NCBI GenBank assembly: GCA_963740085.1 | Contig: CAVUCU010000004.1 | Coordinates: forward strand, 288,001 to 352,000 | DNA: 64,000 bases | Direction of reading: 5' to 3' | DNA from: Nitrospirota bacterium | Lineage (GTDB): Bacteria > Nitrospirota > UBA9217 | Part shown: positions 57,754 to 64,000 of the stretch, piece after piece | Layout of the letters: every line of letters begins with the position of its first letter | Position numbering within the stretch: the first letter of the stretch is position 1 | The notes under the pieces: generated by a model | Databases searched by the model: none | What the model saw: only the letters and a program-made list of their open reading frames with translations | Told to the model about the DNA's origin: nothing | Made by a program: the position numbers and the translations under genes

Positions 57754-58929
57754 ATGAAAAAACAAATCCTTATTGTTGAAGATGAAAATGATTGTGCAGA
57801 GCTCCTTACGTATAACCTCCAAAAAGAGAACTATGAAGCGGTGATCGCGCGCAACGGGAAGGAAGCAATAGAAGCCGTGCAGCGGCAAATGCCGGATGTG
57901 GTCCTCCTGGATGTCATGATGCCCGAGCTTAACGGCTGGGAAGTTTGCCGTATTTTGCGCGAGAGTACAAACGGAAAATCGCTGCCGATCATCATGCTGA
58001 CCGCGCTGTCCGAAGAAGAGGAGCGCGTCAAGGGCCTCAGCCTTGGCGCCGATGATTACCTTTCCAAGCCATATTCCGTGAAAGAACTGCTGCTGAAGAT
58101 AAAGAAATACATTGACCGGCAGGAAACGATCAAAGAGCTCGTGGCCCGTGAGCAGGAACAGGACACAGCCCTGCAATGTTTAGTGCATGAATTAAAAGGT
58201 TCAATACATGTCATTGGCGGATTTTCATCACACGCTCTCAGACAGGATACTTCGAATAAACATCTTCAGACCATTAATACTGTCGCCACCCATGCAGAGC
58301 GCCTGCTTCGCGACGCACCGCTTCTGTCCCGGCTTGAAACGAGAGGAAAGAGCCTGCCGATCAAACATGTCGACGTCGATCAACTGATCAGTGAACCGGC
58401 TGATTTTATTCATGTTGTGCCAAATGTCAAGGTGGCGCATCAGCTGGTTAATGCAGCATCGCTCATTTCTGAAATTGCGGATACCGCCCGCATGCTCATC
58501 GGGAAAAAGCCGGTGACTGTGGAGGTCAAGACGCTTGCACTGTCCGTGATGATAAGCACGGACAGCGTCAGGCTCAGGCAGATCCTCATTAATCTTGTGA
58601 GCAACGCAGCGAAGTTTACCGAACAGGGTAAAATTGTAATCACCCTGTCTGTCATCGGAAGCTGGATGGAGATTGCGGTCAGCGATACGGGTGTCGGAAT
58701 AAAAGAAGAGGACCTGCATAAACTCTTCACCGCCTACGGCAGGATCGAGGACGCAAAAACCAAAGAACAGAGAGGGACGGGGCTTGGTCTGGCAATCAGC
58801 AAGAATCTCGCCGAGCTCCTCGGCGGTACGATATCAATTACGAGCTTCTATGGAAAAGGTTCAACCTTTGTCCTATCACTGCCGTTGCAACAGGCGGACG
58901 GCCAGAGAGGACTTTATAGTGCAGAATAA
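57754..58929 (+). CDS. Hybrid REC-histidine kinase with PhoB-like receiver
   Basis: LDVMMP…MLTALSEEEERVKGLSLGADDY; LVHELK; NLVSNAAKFT; GTGLGL. Confidence 0.88.
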   Translation: MKKQILIVEDENDCAELLTYNLQKENYEAVIARNGKEAIEAVQRQMPDVVLLDVMMPELNGWEVCRILRESTNGKSLPIIMLTALSEEEERVKGLSLGADDYLSKPYSVKELLLKIKKYIDRQETIKELVAREQEQDTALQCLVHELKGSIHVIGGFSSHALRQDTSNKHLQTINTVATHAERLLRDAPLLSRLETRGKSLPIKHVDVDQLISEPADFIHVVPNVKVAHQLVNAASLISEIADTARMLIGKKPVTVEVKTLALSVMISTDSVRLRQILINLVSNAAKFTEQGKIVITLSVIGSWMEIAVSDTGVGIKEEDLHKLFTAYGRIEDAKTKEQRGTGLGLAISKNLAELLGGTISITSFYGKGSTFVLSLPLQQADGQRGLYSAE

Positions 58930-59036
58930 CAAAATTCTCCCCTTAGGATGCTTTTCGATGAAATATCCGATGCTGCATTTATGCTGGTCGTTTTAAGTAA
59001 CAGTAACGTAAGACAATGAGGTTAACACAAGAAATA

Positions 59037-59093
59037 TTTAACAAAATCTTAATAAACTTGTAACAATCATGTAACAATTGAATGGTATAAGAT
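59037..59093 (+). promoter_or_regulatory. Four-unit PHO-box promoter of pstS
   Basis: tttaaca/cttaata/tgtaaca/tgtaaca at 59037/48/59/70; -10 region tataagat at 59086. Confidence 0.85.
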
Positions 59094-59124
59094 AACAATT
59101 CAAAATAAAACAAGGAGGAACAAT

Positions 59125-60135
59125 ATGAAAAGAAGTTTAATGGTTGCATTGGTAGTAATAGGCCTGTTGTCTTTCAATCTGGCACAGGCGGAAGAGATGC
59201 TGAACGGCGCAGGGGCAACGTTTCCGTATCCAGTTTATTCTGCATGGGCCAATGAATACAACAAGGTAACCGGCGTGAAGCTGAACTACCAGTCCATCGG
59301 CTCTGGCGGCGGCATCAAACAGATCACCGAGCGGACAGTTGACTTCGGCGCATCGGATAAGCCGCTCAAGCCCGAAGAGCTTGCCAAGGACAACCTGCTC
59401 CAGTTCCCGGCAGTCATCGGCGGCGTTGTGCCGGTGGTGAATATCCCGGGAATCAAGGCCGGAGAATTACGGCTCGATTCAGAAACAGTTTGTAAAATCT
59501 ACCTTGGTGAAATCAAAAACTGGAACGACAAGGAGATCAAGGGACTGAACCCAAAGCTGAATCTCCCGGGCAATGAAATCACCGTTGTGCACCGCTCCGA
59601 TGGTTCGGGTACGACGGCCATCTTTACGGATTATTTGAGCGATGTTTGCCCAGCCTGGAAGGAAAAAGTCGGCACCGGCACGTCGGTGAGCTGGCCCACC
59701 GGCATCGGCGGCAAAGGGAACGAGGGGGTCGCCAATTATGTTCAGCAGCAGATGAACTCGATCGGGTATGTGGAATTCGCCTATGCCAAGCAGAACAACC
59801 TGACCCACACGGTCCTGAAGAACCACGCCGGCACCTTTGTGGAGCCGAGCTTCGAGAGTTTTGAGGACGCGGCGGCAACGGCCAGCTTCGACCCCAAGAA
59901 GGACTTCTATCTTTGGCTGAATGATGCCCCGGGGAAAAAATCCTGGCCGATCGCAGGCGCGACGTTCATTCTTCTTGCCAAGGAGAAAAAGGACTCAAAC
60001 ATGAAGGTGGTAAAATTCTATGACTGGGCGTTCAAGAACGGGGACGCAAAGGCGAAAGAGCTCATTTACGTGCCGCTTCCAAAATCGCTCAAAGACAAGA
60101 TAAAAGGCTACTGGAAGTCGAACGGTATTCAGTAA
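59125..60135 (+). CDS. pstS: Phosphate ABC transporter substrate-binding protein
   Basis: GAGATFPYP, YQSIGSGGG, DFGASD, HRSDGSGTT. Confidence 0.97.
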   Translation: MKRSLMVALVVIGLLSFNLAQAEEMLNGAGATFPYPVYSAWANEYNKVTGVKLNYQSIGSGGGIKQITERTVDFGASDKPLKPEELAKDNLLQFPAVIGGVVPVVNIPGIKAGELRLDSETVCKIYLGEIKNWNDKEIKGLNPKLNLPGNEITVVHRSDGSGTTAIFTDYLSDVCPAWKEKVGTGTSVSWPTGIGGKGNEGVANYVQQQMNSIGYVEFAYAKQNNLTHTVLKNHAGTFVEPSFESFEDAAATASFDPKKDFYLWLNDAPGKKSWPIAGATFILLAKEKKDSNMKVVKFYDWAFKNGDAKAKELIYVPLPKSLKDKIKGYWKSNGIQ

Positions 60136-60169
60136 ACCCTTTGCAAAGCGATAATACCCTTTAACCAAT

Positions 60170-60210
60170 ACGGGTCAGGTATATATACTGAAAATACCTG
60201 ACCCGTTTTC
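60170..60210 (+). terminator. Stem-loop after pstS (terminator or mRNA stabiliser)
   Basis: acgggtcaggtat…atacctgacccgt followed by T-rich tract. Confidence 0.8.
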
Positions 60211-60250
60211 TTTCTTTATTTATCTTTCGGACAAGCGGAAAGGTCATGCA

Positions 60251-61192
60251 TTGGCCGCATTATCAAAAAAAAACATCCCCGAGCTGATTTTTCTCTCTCT
60301 TACCGCGATCGCGTCCCTCACCGTCATCATTTTTATCATCGGCATCATCGCAGTGCTGTTGAAGGAATCGTCGCTCGCAATAGGGAAGTTCGGGCTGATC
60401 GATTTTCTTACCTCTACGGCGTGGAATCCCGTGACAGGAATGTTCGGAGCGGCAACCACCATCTACGGCACGTTCCTCACGACCGCTCTCGCCCTGCTCT
60501 TTGCCATGCCGACCGCCATCGGCATTGCGATCTTCGTCACGGAAATCGCGCCGAATTTTCTGAAGGGTCCCATCGGCGTGGCGATCGAATTGCTGGCCGC
60601 CATCCCGAGCATCATCTACGGCATGTGGGGACTTTTCACTCTTGCACCCATCATGTCGAGGTATATCGAACCTGCGCTCCAGGGCACCATAGGAAAACTG
60701 CCTGTCGTCGGCATCCTGTTCGAGGGCACTCCCATGGGCATCGACCTGCTGACTGCAAGCGTCATACTCGCGATTATGATCATTCCATTCACGGCGAGCA
60801 TCGCGCGTGACTCCTTCAATCTGACGCCATCCGTGGTCAAGGAGTCGGCTTATGCGATCGGGGCGACTCAATGGGAAGTCGTCAAAAACGTGGTGCTCCC
60901 GTACTCTAAACTTGGCGTGTTCGGAGGAGTCGCACTATCCCTGGGTCGGGCTCTCGGCGAAACCATGGCGGTTGCCTTTGTGCTCGGGAACAATCACAAG
61001 ATCGCCACATCGCTTTTCGACGCTGCGTCCACCATAACGGTGAGCCTTGCGAACGAATTTACAGAAGCCGACAGCGACCTCTATCTCTCGTCCCTCTTTT
61101 ATCTCGCGCTCATACTGTTCGTGATGAGTTTCATTATCCTGGCAATAGCCAAGTTCTTTCTTCTGAAGGCGGAGAGAAAGTATTCACGATGA
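60251..61192 (+). CDS. pstC: Phosphate ABC transporter permease
   Basis: WNP, IELLAAIPSIIYGMWG, LGRALGETMAV. Confidence 0.95.
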   Translation: MAALSKKNIPELIFLSLTAIASLTVIIFIIGIIAVLLKESSLAIGKFGLIDFLTSTAWNPVTGMFGAATTIYGTFLTTALALLFAMPTAIGIAIFVTEIAPNFLKGPIGVAIELLAAIPSIIYGMWGLFTLAPIMSRYIEPALQGTIGKLPVVGILFEGTPMGIDLLTASVILAIMIIPFTASIARDSFNLTPSVVKESAYAIGATQWEVVKNVVLPYSKLGVFGGVALSLGRALGETMAVAFVLGNNHKIATSLFDAASTITVSLANEFTEADSDLYLSSLFYLALILFVMSFIILAIAKFFLLKAERKYSR

Positions 61193-62030
61193 ACATCGAG
61201 AAAAGAAGAAAGGTAGAGAGTTTCGTCGCGCTGACACTGAGCGGTCTTGCGGCCGCAACAGGTCTTTTCTGGCTTGTGTATATCCTGGCCGACGTTCTCA
61301 TCCATGGCCTGGGCGCTTTGCACTTAAGTCTGTTCTTCAATGACCCCGCACCCGCGGGTGTTGAAGGCGGAGGTCTCAGAAATGCTTTCATCGGGCAACT
61401 GATGATCACCCTGGCCGCCACGTTGATCGGGGTCCCCGTGGGCGTTCTGGGCGGGACCTTTCTGGCCGAGTATGCCCGGGGAAAAAGATCGCTCGTATTA
61501 TCAGTGTTATTTCGGATATTATGGTCAGCATTCCTTCCATTGTGGTCGGCGCTTTTGTCTACGCGCTTCTCGTCAGGCCGCTCCATCATTTCAGCGGCTG
61601 GGCGGGGGCGTTTGCGCTTTCGATCATTATGATCCCGGTGGTGCTCAGGACGACGGAAGACATGCTGTCACTGGTGCCCTGGACGTTGCGGGAAGCGGCG
61701 TTCGCCCTTGGAGCGCCCTATTACAAGGTGATCATCCAGATCGTTTATCGCGGTGCGGCCACGGGCATTCTGACCGGTATTTTGCTGTCCATCGCCCGTG
61801 TCGCGGGTGAAACAGCGCCGCTCCTTTTTACCTCGTTCAACAACAACTTTTTTTCAACAGACATGAACCGGCCGATCGCGTCGTTGACGGTTACGATCTT
61901 CCAGTACGCCATGGGGCCCTATAAAAGCTGGCATTCCCAAGCCTGGGGTGCGGCACTGGTCATAACCCTTTTTATCCTCATGCTTACCATTGCCGGAAGA
62001 CTCATTTTAAAGTGGAGGTATAAGCAGTGA
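61189..62030 (+). CDS. pstA: Phosphate ABC transporter permease, split by a 1-nt deletion at ~61482-61486
   Basis: GGLRNAFIG…FLAEYARG, then in another frame [22 protein letters not shown]…[11 protein letters not shown]; break lies in an A run. Confidence 0.9.
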
Positions 62031-62791
62031 CCGCAATGAGAGAGATCGAGGTCAAAAACCTGGATTTTTATTATAATGGTGATATCCACGCTCTCCAGAA
62101 AATATCGCTGACAATCTATAAGGACAAGGTAACCGCCTTGATTGGTCCCTCCGGCTGCGGCAAGACCACCCTGCTCAGGTGCTTTAACCGGATGCACGAC
62201 CTCTACCCGAAGCACCGGTATGAAGGGGAGATTCACTTCAAGGATAAAAACATTCTGGCGCATGACATGGACCTCATCCATCTTCGCAGCCTTATCGGCA
62301 TGGTGTTCCAGAAGCCCACGCCGTTTCCGATGAGTATTGCTGAGAATATTGCCTACGGACTCAGATTAAAAGGCATCAGGAACAAATCAGAACTTGTCGG
62401 GCGCATCGAAGAGGCGCTTAAAAACGCAGCGCTCTGGGCGGAGGTCAGGGATAAATTGAATGAGAGCGCGTATGAACTGTCCGGAGGGCAGCAGCAGCGT
62501 CTTGTCATCGCGCGGGCACTGGCGGTGGAACCGAAAGTCCTTCTTTTTGATGAGCCCACGTCTGCGCTGGACCCCATTTCAACGGCCAAGATCGAGGAAC
62601 TTGTCGTGTCTTTGAAAAAGGTCGTCACGATCATAATCGTTACGCACAACATGCAGCAGGCGGCCCGCGTATCTGACATGACGGGACTACTGTATATGGG
62701 AGAGCTGATCGAGTACGGGACTACGGAGAAGATATTCACAAACCCGGACAATAAACAGACCGACGATTATATAACGGGCAGGTTCGGATAA
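62027..62791 (+). CDS. pstB: Phosphate ABC transporter ATPase
   Basis: [40 protein letters not shown]. Confidence 0.97.
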   Translation: MTAMREIEVKNLDFYYNGDIHALQKISLTIYKDKVTALIGPSGCGKTTLLRCFNRMHDLYPKHRYEGEIHFKDKNILAHDMDLIHLRSLIGMVFQKPTPFPMSIAENIAYGLRLKGIRNKSELVGRIEEALKNAALWAEVRDKLNESAYELSGGQQQRLVIARALAVEPKVLLFDEPTSALDPISTAKIEELVVSLKKVVTIIIVTHNMQQAARVSDMTGLLYMGELIEYGTTEKIFTNPDNKQTDDYITGRFG

Positions 62792-62842
62792 AAGAAGGGA
62801 ACAGGGTTCAGTCACCCTTATCCTGCATCCGCAACACTGTAC

Positions 62843-62880
62843 CCTGACACCGGGACCCTAAACCCTGAACCCTGAACCCT
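62843..62880. repeat. Degenerate heptamer tandem repeat (accctga)n
   Basis: accctgacaccgggaccctaaaccctgaaccctgaaccct; complementary cagggttcag near 62803. Confidence 0.55.
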
Positions 62881-62899
62881 ATTACTCAAGGAGTATTCC

Positions 62900-63577
62900 A
62901 TGGCCAGACAAAAAGAAGAGGATATTGAAGCTCTCAAGGAGCAGATTCTCAAAATGGGAGGCATTGTCGAAGAGTCCATCAGGCAGTCCGTCAAAGCGCT
63001 GGTTGAACGTGACAGGAATCTGGCAATCACGGTCATCGATGGCGACGCCATTGTCAATCATTACGATGTCCAGATCGAGGAAGAATGCATCAGGTTACTC
63101 GCCATCTGGCAGCCCACGGGCAGCACTCTCCGATTTCTTACAACCGCGATAAAGATCATCACCGATCTCGAACGCATGGGCGATCTGGCAGTCGACGTTT
63201 GCGAACGGGCCATCGAGCTGAACGAAGAACCGCCGCTCAAGCCATTTATCGATATGCCGCGTATGGCCGAAGCAGCTCAGACAATGCTCAAGGACAGCCT
63301 TGATTCTTTTGTGAGGGAGGATGCCGACCTCGCCATGAAGGTGTGCGCGTCTGATGATTATGTGGACAATTTGAATGTTCAGATCTTCAATGAATTGCTC
63401 GTGTATATGCTGCAAGACCCAAGGAACATCTCACGCGCTGTTCGCCTCACCTACATTACGAAGTATCTGGAGCGCATTGCCGATCATGCAACCAATATCG
63501 CGGAAATGGTCGTGTATATGGTCAAGGGGAAGGTCATTCGCCACACGGCATGTGACGAACGCGTCAAGGATGCGTAG
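62900..63577 (+). CDS. phoU: Phosphate signalling protein PhoU
   Basis: TDLERMGD, YLERIADHATNIAE. Confidence 0.96.
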   Translation: MARQKEEDIEALKEQILKMGGIVEESIRQSVKALVERDRNLAITVIDGDAIVNHYDVQIEEECIRLLAIWQPTGSTLRFLTTAIKIITDLERMGDLAVDVCERAIELNEEPPLKPFIDMPRMAEAAQTMLKDSLDSFVREDADLAMKVCASDDYVDNLNVQIFNELLVYMLQDPRNISRAVRLTYITKYLERIADHATNIAEMVVYMVKGKVIRHTACDERVKDA

Positions 63578-63598
63578 AAGTCGAGTTCAGAGATAGTT

Positions 63599-63784
63599 TG
63601 GAAATTTTATAACCACGGTATTCAGTTCGGCAACACGATCACCTACCACTTGTCTTTCAGCGATCCGGTTGCCGGCGGGCCCTCCGGCGGGAGTAGCACC
63701 TTCTCTCACGGCCTTTTCGGAGGTGAAGACGGCACAAATCCGCTTCTGACCACCGACGGAACCCTGTACACGCTTAGTATATAA
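63599..63784 (+). pseudogene. Possible fragment of a secreted beta-rich protein gene
   Basis: Open frame WKFYNHGIQFGNTITYHLSF…GSSTFSHGLFG…NPLLTTDGTLYTLSI with no start codon. Confidence 0.3.
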
Positions 63785-63884
63785 AAAAATACTCCGCTCA
63801 TCGGTTCACGACCGGTGAGCGGAACTTCTTGAGAAAAAAGGGACAAATTTACAAGCTATTTTAAATAAACAGCGCCAAAGATAA

Positions 63885-63939
63885 TTTAACGGCAAATTAA
63901 TGAATCCTTCATCATCTTGTAATGAAAATATGATTTAAT
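63885..63939 (+). promoter_or_regulatory. Four-unit PHO-box promoter for a gene beyond the window
   Basis: tttaacg/attaatg/cttcatc/tgtaatg at 63885/96/907/918; tttaat at 63934. Confidence 0.65.
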
Positions 63940-64000
63940 GCGCAAGAATTAGTAATCAGACGTGGGCCCTTTGCTGACCTTGTAAAGGAAACAGAAAACC

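Overview
The window has two blocks separated by a tRNA-Ala(GGC) 3'-half attachment-site remnant at 27520-27564. Left block (1-27318, visibly higher GC): one long + strand operon. It runs from the tail of an AraC regulator through a 3090-aa secreted DUF11/isopeptide-repeat protein, a multi-OmpA plus very large beta-barrel protein (split by a 1-nt frameshift) and three TPR proteins to a TolQ/ExbD/ExbD/TonB-C motor resembling the Myxococcus Agl-Glt core. Palindromic repeats sit at four gene junctions. Right block (27565-64000+): a probable tRNA-integrated island dominated by phosphate-starvation genes (phoBR, psiE, pstSCAB-phoU, ten strict four-box PHO-type promoters), P-free lipid remodelling genes (OlsF-like, GT21, PHP, flippase), arsenic genes or remnants and an IS1202-like element. 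Inside it is a minus-strand operon (40589-48899) with ferrosome-type accessory genes (DUF5132/GxxxG and HMA2 proteins). It pairs them with a Ca2+-type P2A ATPase, a 22-mer amphipathic repeat protein, a MetK paralogue lacking its methionine ligands and a CDF lacking its His ligands, so it is a candidate undescribed membrane compartment. Family assignments come from motif recognition by eye; no searches were run. The host looks like Nitrospirota/Desulfobacterota (inference only).
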